From positions 31,401 to 95,400 of the forward strand of contig CAYPFA010000001.1 of the NCBI GenBank assembly GCA_964410025.1: a stretch of 64,000 nucleotides of DNA, read 5' to 3'. A program made the translations under genes and the position numbers. This document shows positions 27,182 to 35,208 of the stretch, piece after piece; the stretch's first letter is position 1, and every line of letters starts with the position of its first letter. The notes under the pieces are model-generated. The model saw only the letters and a program-made list of their open reading frames with translations. It had not been told where the DNA came from and did not search any database. Source of the DNA: Candidatus Woesearchaeota archaeon (lineage in GTDB: Archaea; Nanobdellota; Nanobdellia; Pacearchaeales; GW2011-AR1).

Positions 27182-28479
27182 GTGAAATTAAATGGTTCAA
27201 TTTTAAGAAAAACGACAGTAAAACAGATATATATTGTTCGAATGAAAAAAAATTGAAACTTTCTAGTTTGGCTATTATGAAAGAACTTGATTTGGCTTGG
27301 TTTAACTTTTTTGTAAAAAATACATCTAATGGGGGAGTATTGAAAAAAAATACATATGCTGAAGATTTTAATAAAGTGAGATTGGTACATATAACTTCTT
27401 CTTTCGATGAGATAGTTCGCACTGGAAAGATTTTCCCTAGCGGAGGAGGCTTAGGGTCTGTAATATATTGCTCACCCTTACATAAAGAAAATAGCGTTCA
27501 TAATCTATTTGAGCAATATCTTCATTTTCAGTTGCCAAAACATACTCCTAAAGAATTAACTCCGTTATGTATAGAGATCTCTTTAGAAAGAAGAGACAAG
27601 GATAATCTCAGTAGTTATGGAGTTGACTATACTAATTTTGGAGAGTTACATTGTATGGTGTGGAAAGTTCTGAAACGTGAACTTATGAAACCTTATATTG
27701 CAGAATTTGAAAATAAAATAAGTAGTCAAGTTATGAAATTACGAGATGTGTTTAATGTTTTTATAGATTATAACTTAAATTCGGTTTCTAGCAAAAAGTT
27801 AAGAGAATATTATAACAGCATTTTTATAGGGACCCCTTCCTTGAGATTCATTTTATATGAGATTCTTGCAGAATATATTTTATTATATCAAGACAATAAG
27901 AAGGCAGTTAAATATCGTGATATCGGTGAACTTTATAATTTGTCTCATAAGAAGTTTATATTTGATTTGTGCCCGTCTATGTTGAAAAGATTTAATATGA
28001 GGGAGTTTTTTATAAAAATAGAAGACATAGAGGAATATTTTTCTAAGTCTGATATCTTTGTTGAATTTAATAAGGATCAATTTGAGTGGTTTTTGAAGTG
28101 GAGAATGGGATTTTATATCAAGAAACTTTGTTTAAGGAAAATAGATTCTATAAACAGTTTTGATCAGTTAGTTTCAAATTATCCTAGGCTAGTTGGACAA
28201 ATAATTTATAGGGATTTCTTTGATAAAAATTTATTTGAACGAGTTAGAAGTAAAATTATATATCCTATGTGGAAAAAAGATAGAATTATTTGCCCTATTT
28301 ATCCAATTCTTCCAAAGGGCGAAGTTGGAGTAAATCCCTGTTTAGATGAATTGGGAGTGAAATATAAAATATATAAGGCAAAATATGACTCGAGAAGAGG
28401 AAAATTAATTTTATTGAAGGAGTTAAATATAAAATTAAATTCAGAATTAATATCTAAAGCCAAAACAACAGTAAGATGA
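27178..28479 (+). CDS. hypothetical protein (433 aa) with no recognisable motif
   Basis: Start chosen at MSEIKWFNF, where ATGA overlaps the kinase stop. The longer track ORF (27106) would overlap the kinase by 76 nt. Confidence 0.5.
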   Translation: MSEIKWFNFKKNDSKTDIYCSNEKKLKLSSLAIMKELDLAWFNFFVKNTSNGGVLKKNTYAEDFNKVRLVHITSSFDEIVRTGKIFPSGGGLGSVIYCSPLHKENSVHNLFEQYLHFQLPKHTPKELTPLCIEISLERRDKDNLSSYGVDYTNFGELHCMVWKVLKRELMKPYIAEFENKISSQVMKLRDVFNVFIDYNLNSVSSKKLREYYNSIFIGTPSLRFILYEILAEYILLYQDNKKAVKYRDIGELYNLSHKKFIFDLCPSMLKRFNMREFFIKIEDIEEYFSKSDIFVEFNKDQFEWFLKWRMGFYIKKLCLRKIDSINSFDQLVSNYPRLVGQIIYRDFFDKNLFERVRSKIIYPMWKKDRIICPIYPILPKGEVGVNPCLDELGVKYKIYKAKYDSRRGKLILLKELNIKLNSELISKAKTTVR

Positions 28480-29237
28480 GTATGCCTCTTTATTTAAAAA
28501 TTCAGAACAAAGTATTTGAAGATTTGCAGATTTTAGATTTAGAAACTTTAGAATGGATTAGAAGCAGACAAAATCCAAAGATATTTAGTATTTCTGAAAA
28601 TAAAGCCGATTTTAAACCTCTTAACGAAGAGGAAATAAAAGAAGTAATTCCCAAATTAGAATGGTTTAGTAATTCAAATAGGGCATTAAGTATTCATGGT
28701 AGATCACACGCAGTTAGAACTACTTTATTTTCATATGCTATTTGCAAATTAAATAATATTAGCAGTTATAAAAAGCATCTTGTTGCTGCTAGTATACATG
28801 ATATCTCTAGGGGTGTTGATAATGATGATTTTGATCATGGTGAAAGGTCAGCTAATTGGTTTAAAGAAAATCATAGTTTGTTTAGAGGGTTAACACAAAA
28901 AGAAAAAGAAGAGATATATTTTGCAGTGTACTATCATGATATTGAGCAAGAAAATATTCCAATAGAAATATTAGACAAAAATAGGGAGATTATCAATGTT
29001 CTCAAGTGTGCAGATGCATTAGATCGTTTTAGGTTGCCAAAAGAGAAATGGTGGCCAAATAGAAATTTTTTCAAGATAGATATTCCCGACTGGGTTTTTG
29101 AAATGGCTAAATGGTTAGTTTATCAATCAGAACTAGATATTATTAAATATTCTAAAGACCCAGTAGATGCTGTTTTAAGTTTAGGATTTAAGGCAGGATT
29201 AAATAAGTTTATAAATAAATCTTCTATTCCTATCTAA
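28476..29237 (+). CDS. HD-domain phosphohydrolase
   Basis: HGRSHAVR ... AASIHDISRG ... YYHD ... CADALDR gives the H..HD..D pattern. ATGA overlap with the upstream gene. Confidence 0.6.
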   Translation: MSMPLYLKIQNKVFEDLQILDLETLEWIRSRQNPKIFSISENKADFKPLNEEEIKEVIPKLEWFSNSNRALSIHGRSHAVRTTLFSYAICKLNNISSYKKHLVAASIHDISRGVDNDDFDHGERSANWFKENHSLFRGLTQKEKEEIYFAVYYHDIEQENIPIEILDKNREIINVLKCADALDRFRLPKEKWWPNRNFFKIDIPDWVFEMAKWLVYQSELDIIKYSKDPVDAVLSLGFKAGLNKFINKSSIPI

Positions 29238-29647
29238 TGGACGAAAAATACTTGTTTAAGGTTATTGTGGCAGCAGTTATATTTAATGAAGATAAGAAAT
29301 TTCTATTAGCAAAAAGAAGCTTAACTGAAGACGTCTTGCCGGGATATTGGGGTATACCTGGTGGGAAAGTAGAAACACGAGGCAATATACCTAATATTTT
29401 AGAGTACGAAGTAAAAAGAGAAGTCTTGGAGGAGGTAGGTATAGAGGTTGATGATTTAAAATATATAGAAAGTCATATGAATGATAGTGGGAAATTGAAT
29501 GTTTGTTTTTCGTGTAAAATTTCTGGCGGAGTTCCAAAAGCACTAGAAGATACTTCAGAAGTTGGATGGTTTTCCCTAAAAGAAGCGGAATGCATGCAAC
29601 TAACCCCTCATACCTTAGAAAGATTAAAGACTGCAATAGGTAATTAG
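29237..29647 (+). CDS. Nudix hydrolase
   Basis: Nudix box GGKVETRGNIPNILEYEVKREVLEEVGI. TAATG overlap with the HD gene. Confidence 0.8.
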   Translation: MDEKYLFKVIVAAVIFNEDKKFLLAKRSLTEDVLPGYWGIPGGKVETRGNIPNILEYEVKREVLEEVGIEVDDLKYIESHMNDSGKLNVCFSCKISGGVPKALEDTSEVGWFSLKEAECMQLTPHTLERLKTAIGN

Positions 29648-31326
29648 TTCTTTTTTATTAAAAAATTTCCTAGCGCCAGATAATCTAGGCCACTAGAATA
29701 GAAAGCCTTTATCGCATCACGAGGAGTACAAACAATCGGTTCACCCTTTCCGTTAAAGGAGGTATTCATAACAACTGGTATCTTAGTTATTTTTTCGAAT
29801 TCTTCAATGAGTTTATGAAATTTTTCATTTACTTCTTTTTTTACCGCGTGCGGTCTAGCCGTGCCATCTACATGAACTACTGCCGGTATATCTTTTATTT
29901 TTGAGCTTACTACATTAGATCCAACAATCATAAAACTAAAGCAGTCATTCAATTCAAAGAATTTATTCTTTCTCTCATAAAGTATACTTGGAGCGAATGG
30001 CCTCCATAACTCTCTTTCTTTTATAATATTTACATTTTTCCACATGTTAATGTTTTTAGGATCAGATAAAACAGATCTGTTACCTAGTGATCTTGGTCCG
30101 AATTCCATTCTTCCCTGAAACCACCCTACTATTTTTCCATCACTTATTAGTTTTGCGCACTTAGAACATATATTGCTTTCTTTTGTGTAACTTATTTTGA
30201 ATTTTTTAAGTTCTTTTTCTATTTCATTATCACTAAATTCTGGCCCAAAATATGTTGTTTCATATCTATTATTTGTTTTTTTGTCAACTTTTGCAGAGTA
30301 TTCCAAAGCGGCGCCGATTGATGATCCAGCGTCATTTGAAGCTGGCTGAACATAAATTTCTTTTACTTTTTTAGATTCTAATATTCTTTGGTTAGCTATA
30401 CAATTAAGTGCCACCCCGCCACTTAAACATAATTTATCTTGCCCGGTTAATTTGACGGCCAAGTCTACCAGTTTTAGTATTTTCTTTTCTAGAACTTTTT
30501 GTGCAGATGCAGCAATATTTTTTTGAATGTTTGAAAAATCAACTGTTTTTGAGAATTCTCCTGTCATTTTGTTAAAGGAAGTATTTGTTTTGTCTTTTTC
30601 TCCAAAAAGATTCTCAAAGTTTTCAATCCATTTAGAAACAATAATTGTTTGTTGTCCTCTTTTATTTTTTAATTCTTTTGAGTCTAAGGTAATATTTATT
30701 GATTCTAGCTTTTTTATAATTTCTTCGTCTGGTTTTCCATAGGGTGCTAACCCCATTAATTTTCCTTCATCCCCGTTTCTCATTCCAATATATCTTTCTA
30801 TTGAGCTATAAAAATACCCTATAGAATCTTCGATTTTGTTGTTCCAAACTTTTTTTATTTTATTTCCCTTGCCCGCCCATATGGACGCAGAGCAATATTC
30901 GCCTTGCCCATCTATCACAAGTATAGCGGCATTCTCAAACCCAGAGCACCTAAAAGAGCTAGATGCGTGCGCCAAATGATGTTCTACGTAGCCAATCTTA
31001 GGTATTTTTTTGTATTGAAAATATTTTTTTGGAAAAAATTTATTTAATATATCTTCTGGAGGTACAGAGTAAATTGTTTCTCTATCTGGTCCGACATTTT
31101 CCCAATCCCAACTAAATACCACATAATCAATATCATCTAATTCTAGTTTTTGGCTATCTAGACAAGCTTTTACGCTTAATAATGGTAGAGAGTCATATGC
31201 ACGTTTTTTCCTAAGTAGTCTTTCTTCTTCTATTGCAAATTTTATTTCTCCATCTACTACGAGAGTAGCAGAGACATCGTGGTTAACACTAAGCCAGGGG
31301 GAGGCATTAATCCCTAAAATCTTCAT
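29644..31326 (-). CDS. carbamoyltransferase (NodU/CmcH/TobZ family)
   Basis: MKILGINASPWLSVNHDVSATLVVDGEIKFAIEEERLLRKK N-terminus and C-terminal NTSFNGKGEPIV..PRDA, typical of the family at 560 aa. Confidence 0.85.
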   Translation of the reverse strand: MKILGINASPWLSVNHDVSATLVVDGEIKFAIEEERLLRKKRAYDSLPLLSVKACLDSQKLELDDIDYVVFSWDWENVGPDRETIYSVPPEDILNKFFPKKYFQYKKIPKIGYVEHHLAHASSSFRCSGFENAAILVIDGQGEYCSASIWAGKGNKIKKVWNNKIEDSIGYFYSSIERYIGMRNGDEGKLMGLAPYGKPDEEIIKKLESINITLDSKELKNKRGQQTIIVSKWIENFENLFGEKDKTNTSFNKMTGEFSKTVDFSNIQKNIAASAQKVLEKKILKLVDLAVKLTGQDKLCLSGGVALNCIANQRILESKKVKEIYVQPASNDAGSSIGAALEYSAKVDKKTNNRYETTYFGPEFSDNEIEKELKKFKISYTKESNICSKCAKLISDGKIVGWFQGRMEFGPRSLGNRSVLSDPKNINMWKNVNIIKERELWRPFAPSILYERKNKFFELNDCFSFMIVGSNVVSSKIKDIPAVVHVDGTARPHAVKKEVNEKFHKLIEEFEKITKIPVVMNTSFNGKGEPIVCTPRDAIKAFYSSGLDYLALGNFLIKKN

Positions 31327-31582
31327 AAAAATAAATGATTAACTACCTTTAAATATTTAGCGCAACATTCAAATATAATAAAGAGTAATTACTTTTATGA
31401 AAAATAGGGTTCATAATATAATATAGATAATTCATCCAGTTCATAAAAAATATATAAAAACGCGTTAAAAACTATAGTTTCCTCAATTTATTATTGTGTT
31501 TGATCAATAAATAGGTTATTAGTAAAGAGTATTGCTAGAAGTAGCATATATAAAAAAATACCTAAAGAAGATTAAAATATTT

Positions 31583-32095
31583 TTAGGAATACAACTCTTT
31601 AAATTTAGATAAAAATAAAAAATCTCTTTTTAAAACAAATTGATGAGTATAAGCAGATGGAGAACATTTTTTTAATAAAAGAAGAGCTTCATCAAGAGGG
31701 ACCCAACAGATTTTAAATTTTTCATCTTTCTTTAAATAAGAATCTTTATCATTTTTAATATCAAAAGCATTGCAAATAAAACAATTAGAAATCTGAATTT
31801 GCCCATATTTGTTCTTATGCTCTGTGACTACTCCAAACTCTTTAAAACCATCAGCACTGCAATTAATCTCTTCTCTTATAATTCTTGAAAGAGCAGCTAC
31901 ATAGTCTTCGTTACCCAATATCTCTCCTCCTGGTAATTTGTAGTAATCATCACTATCAGATCTAATAATTGCGACATTCCTATTAGTGTCTAAAACAATT
32001 GCTCGTACAGTTTTTCTTAACCGAAACTCCTCTTTGTCCCAGATTATCTCTTTTCCAAAAACATCCATATCTGTTATCTCGTGTATAAATTGCAT
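31583..32095 (-). CDS. Nudix hydrolase (second copy in island)
   Basis: Nudix box GGEILGNEDYVAALSRIIREEINC. Confidence 0.75.
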   Translation of the reverse strand: MQFIHEITDMDVFGKEIIWDKEEFRLRKTVRAIVLDTNRNVAIIRSDSDDYYKLPGGEILGNEDYVAALSRIIREEINCSADGFKEFGVVTEHKNKYGQIQISNCFICNAFDIKNDKDSYLKKDEKFKICWVPLDEALLLLKKCSPSAYTHQFVLKRDFLFLSKFKELYS

Positions 32096-32150
32096 ATCTT
32101 ATATTAGAAAATTAAGTTTATAATTTTAACGTAGGTATATCACAAATAGC

Positions 32151-32231
32151 AATATTAAAATTAAAGAGCACTACAAATCTTTTTAAATCCTCGAAAAGTT
32201 ACATTCTTAGGCAGTCGTGGTTAAGTGGTAG
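32151..32231 (+). repeat. 81-bp direct repeat, right copy (functional promoter plus 5' part of tRNA-Gly)
   Basis: Identical to 24849-24929. The TTTTTAAAT TATA-like box is centred about 27 nt upstream of tRNA position 1. Confidence 0.8.
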
Positions 32232-32281
32232 AATATGACCTTGCCAAGGTTGTGACCCGAGTTCGATTCTCGGCGACTGCA
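32211..32281 (+). tRNA. tRNA-Gly (anticodon GCC)
   Basis: Acceptor GCAGTCG/CGACTGC and D loop AAGTGGTA. Anticodon arm TGACC-TTGCCAA-GGTTG and T arm CCGAG-TTCGATT-CTCGG. Discriminator A, and CCA is not encoded. Confidence 0.85.
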
Positions 32282-32329
32282 TAGAACAAAAGTGTTCAAC
32301 ATGAGAATCTTTATAAAATAAAATCATTG

Positions 32330-32372
32330 CCGAGAAGCGAAGGAGGAGAGTGAGATTCTCGGCGACTGCATA
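32330..32372 (+). repeat. partial 3' copy of tRNA-Gly with an expanded T loop
   Basis: CCGAG is followed by 19 nt (AAGCGAAGGAGGAGAGTGA) replacing TTC. Then GATTCTCGGCGACTGCATA is identical to 32265-32283 (tRNA nt 57-73 plus 2 nt). Confidence 0.7.
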
Positions 32373-32482
32373 TCGACGCTTTTGATGATTTTATCGACGG
32401 TGGAAATGTATAATATTTATTTTAGTATTGTTGCGGCAGGAATCATATTTACGATTTATTTGTTTAATTAGCTATTTTAAAA

Positions 32483-32576
32483 CATGTTTCAAGTCCATGT
32501 AGGATACAACGCGTCATGTTTCAAAAAATGCAACCATTTTGGCAACACGTTTCAGTAAATTATATCTCTCGTTTCA
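32483..32576 (+). promoter_or_regulatory. four phased direct repeats C[AT][TC]GTTTCA upstream of the 32620 gene
   Basis: CATGTTTCA at 32483 and 32515, CACGTTTCA at 32546 and CTCGTTTCA at 32568. The spacings of 32, 31 and 22 nt are about 3, 3 and 2 helical turns. Confidence 0.4.
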
Positions 32577-32619
32577 TTCTAAGGAATATATGAAAAAGAT
32601 GAAAGGAGGTAAAAACAAA

Positions 32620-33003
32620 ATGAAAAAAACAATGTTAGTAGCTATGATGGCAATAATGACAATGTTAACTATTGGCTCAGTGTTTGCATATCAGTATGGG
32701 AACAGAACAAATGCAAACCCAGCGGTAGACAGAATAGCAGCAGAAGCGGCTATTGAGTCTGGAGACTATAATGCTTGGAAATTATTGCATGCAGAATCTA
32801 GTGGAAAGATGGCGTCATTGATAAACGAAGGAAACTTCTATTTATTAAAAGAAATGCATGAAGCTAGAGAGGCTGGAGACTTTGCAACAGTTCAAAAGAT
32901 TAAAACTGAATTAGGTTTTAAATCTGGAAACGGGCAAGGTAATGGAATGCATGATGGACAGGGAAAAGCTAAAAACAGCGGAAATTGCCCATATGCAAAC
33001 TAA
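32620..33003 (+). CDS. small secreted protein
   Basis: Start chosen at MKKTMLVAMMAIMTMLTIGSVFA (signal peptide), 9 nt downstream of a GGAGGT Shine-Dalgarno-like site. The C-terminus is G/N/Q-rich with one Cys. Confidence 0.55.
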   Translation: MKKTMLVAMMAIMTMLTIGSVFAYQYGNRTNANPAVDRIAAEAAIESGDYNAWKLLHAESSGKMASLINEGNFYLLKEMHEAREAGDFATVQKIKTELGFKSGNGQGNGMHDGQGKAKNSGNCPYAN

Positions 33004-33093
33004 AGCAAGAAGCTTAAAATAAATTTTTTATTTTTTTTATTTTTTAATAGTTAGATTATTAAATATCGAATTATGTACTATAAGGAGGAAAAA

Positions 33094-33321
33094 ATGCCAA
33101 TAGGAAAATATTTAGCACAAACAACGGGATTGTATGGATACGGATGGGTATTCGAAATTTTAATACTTGTAGTTTTCTTTTTTATAGTATACTGGATCGT
33201 GAAAAGTTCACAAAAGAAAGAGTCTGCATTAGAAATTCTAAACAGAAGATATGCTAATAATGAAATTACAAAGAAAGAATATGGACAATTAAAAAAAGAC
33301 ATCTCTTGCGAGGATAATTGA
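33094..33321 (+). CDS. membrane protein with a SHOCT-like C-terminal motif
   Basis: Start after AGGAGG. One TM, then RRYANNEITKKEYGQLKKDI resembling the SHOCT short C-terminal domain. Confidence 0.5.
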   Translation: MPIGKYLAQTTGLYGYGWVFEILILVVFFFIVYWIVKSSQKKESALEILNRRYANNEITKKEYGQLKKDISCEDN

Positions 33322-33734
33322 TGGAGATTTCAACAAAGAAGATTATTCTTGCTTTGGGTTCGGTATTTATCTTAGGTGTATTATTCGCTATTTCTAATGG
33401 GATCTATACGGAAACAACAGACTCTTCTTTCCCCATATTTGTTTATGTAATTGCTTTAGTCTCGCTATTAACTGGCGTGTTTATTTCTTTCCTATTTCAA
33501 TGGAAAATAAACAAACTCCAGTTGGAAAGAGTATTAAAAATACTTCCAGAGGAAGAAAGAAAAGTAGTATCACTCCTAATTCAAAATAATAATTCGTTAG
33601 AGCAAAATAAACTTGTAGCATTAACGGGAATAAATAAAGTAAAAATGTCGAGACTTCTTGGAGACCTAGAATTTAGACAAATTATAAAAAAATCAGATCT
33701 AGGAAATACTAATTTAATAGTATTAATAATCTAA
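33318..33734 (+). CDS. membrane-anchored winged-helix (MarR/ArsR-like) putative regulator
   Basis: Two N-terminal TM helices, then EERKVVSLLIQNNNSLEQNKLVALTGINKVKMSRLLGDLEFRQIIKK (HTH-like). ATGA overlap with the upstream gene. Confidence 0.5.
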   Translation: MMEISTKKIILALGSVFILGVLFAISNGIYTETTDSSFPIFVYVIALVSLLTGVFISFLFQWKINKLQLERVLKILPEEERKVVSLLIQNNNSLEQNKLVALTGINKVKMSRLLGDLEFRQIIKKSDLGNTNLIVLII

Positions 33735-33761
33735 AAAATAAAAAAATAAAATTTTTTGTGT

Positions 33762-34415
33762 TTATTCTGTAGCTAAGAAAGCCCACCAAGGCTTTTTAGT
33801 TTGAATAATTTCTCCATTTTCAGCATCTACTTGAACCTGAACTTCCATCTGTGCCCTGAATAATCCCAAAACTTTTGATTGTTTTTGAGTTTTTATTTCA
33901 TAAGCAACTCTTGTTTGATTTCCAGTTCCAACTTCCCTAAGTTCCATAGTGCAATTGTTTATTTCGCATTTTGCACCAAGTTTTGCTAATGCTGTTTCTG
34001 AAGCAGTGTTAGGCATTATCTTAACCTCTGCATTCAATCCATTGGACAATTTAACTTGAAGTTTTGTTCTATTCTGAACTTGCTCCTGGGTTATATTCAT
34101 AGAAGAATGTGCCTCTATGTCCCTAACTCTCAAGGTTGTACCCTTTTCTTCGCCAGATTGGATTTGCATTTGCTCTCCATCCTGATTAGAGTAATTTCCA
34201 GTTTGAATTTGGATTTGTGCTTGTTTCTGTACTCCGTTTCCAGAGCCAGCATTTACTTGCACTTGATTTTGTAAACTATCGTCAACTCCTTCATTTTGAG
34301 TTTCAGAATTAGTAGCTAACGGAACATTTACTCCCGCTTGTGCGCCATTTCCTACTGCAAAAACCAATGAAGTTGTTAGCATTAGAGCTAAAAAAATTAA
34401 AAATACTTTGTTCAT
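33762..34415 (-). CDS. secreted Q/N-rich protein
   Basis: Signal peptide MNKVFLIFLALMLTTSLVFA. No recognised catalytic motif. Confidence 0.5.
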   Translation of the reverse strand: MNKVFLIFLALMLTTSLVFAVGNGAQAGVNVPLATNSETQNEGVDDSLQNQVQVNAGSGNGVQKQAQIQIQTGNYSNQDGEQMQIQSGEEKGTTLRVRDIEAHSSMNITQEQVQNRTKLQVKLSNGLNAEVKIMPNTASETALAKLGAKCEINNCTMELREVGTGNQTRVAYEIKTQKQSKVLGLFRAQMEVQVQVDAENGEIIQTKKPWWAFLATE

Positions 34416-34530
34416 ATTTTACCCCCCTTCATCTTTTTCATTACTTATACAAGGAGCACCCAACTATATAAGGGTTACTAACAGATAAAAATTTAGAAAC
34501 ATATTTAAACAAGATTAGATAAAAGATTTT

Positions 34531-35094
34531 ATGAAAAAAGGAATTGATAAAAAAAATTTAGTTTTTTTAATTATAGGTGTAATAGTGGTTGTGTTTCTAG
34601 TTATGCTTCTTTTGCCGCAAAAAACTCAAATTACGAGGGGGAATTGCGTATCAGACCAATGTTTATCTGTTTCAAATTTAAGCTATCCAGTAGGCGAACT
34701 TCCTGCAGATATAAAAAATACACTAGATTTGGCAATGAATGATGAATATATGGCTCACGCTTTCTACCAAAGTGTTATCGATAAATTTGGATTAAGTAAT
34801 CCCTTTTCAATGATTATTAGAGCCGAAGAAGGTCATATATCAATGCTTAAGGCATTATATGATAAATATGGGCTTGAAATTCCTGCAGATAATTGGATTA
34901 TTAATTCTACTTCACCGGACACATTTAAAGAAGCTTGTCAAATAGGAGTAGCTGCTGAAATTGCAAATGCTGCATTATACCAAGAACAACTTTTGCCCGT
35001 AGTAAGCAATTATGAAGATTTAACACAAGTTTACAATAGCTTAATGACAGCTTCCCAACAGAAGCATTTGATAGCTTTTCAAAAGTGTGCATGA
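34531..35094 (+). CDS. membrane-anchored ferritin-like (DUF2202-type) protein
   Basis: N-terminal TM, with NDEYMAHAFYQ and AEEGHISML helices resembling the ferritin-like diiron E..H pattern. Confidence 0.5.
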   Translation: MKKGIDKKNLVFLIIGVIVVVFLVMLLLPQKTQITRGNCVSDQCLSVSNLSYPVGELPADIKNTLDLAMNDEYMAHAFYQSVIDKFGLSNPFSMIIRAEEGHISMLKALYDKYGLEIPADNWIINSTSPDTFKEACQIGVAAEIANAALYQEQLLPVVSNYEDLTQVYNSLMTASQQKHLIAFQKCA

Positions 35095-35208
35095 TTTGAT
35101 AAACTATCCGATTCTCTTCGTAAATATTCACTTCTAATCTATTGACAAACACCTCCAGCCTAAAATTCCTCACCAACTCCTCTTAATTAATTCCCTTAAT
35201 CGCAGGTT

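Larger units (their letters stand above)
24849..32231. mobile_element. putative integrated genomic island (about 7.3 kb) bracketed by the 81-bp tRNA-Gly-derived direct repeats; no integrase recognised
   Basis: Direct repeats lie at both ends, with an intact tRNA-Gly only at the right end. The seven enclosed genes form a functionally coherent accessory set. Confidence 0.5.

Noticed and set aside
24849-32231. Calling the island a prophage or integrated plasmid
   Set aside because: No integrase, capsid, terminase, replication or partition genes are recognisable. Only metabolic-type enzymes are present, so it is reported as a generic island.
35106-35120. Extra TCCGATTCT motif downstream of the ferritin-like gene, resembling the heptamer recurring in the tRNA-His repeats
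   Set aside because: Only an 8-9-nt match, which is expected by chance once or twice in 64 kb on two strands, and there is no surrounding similarity.
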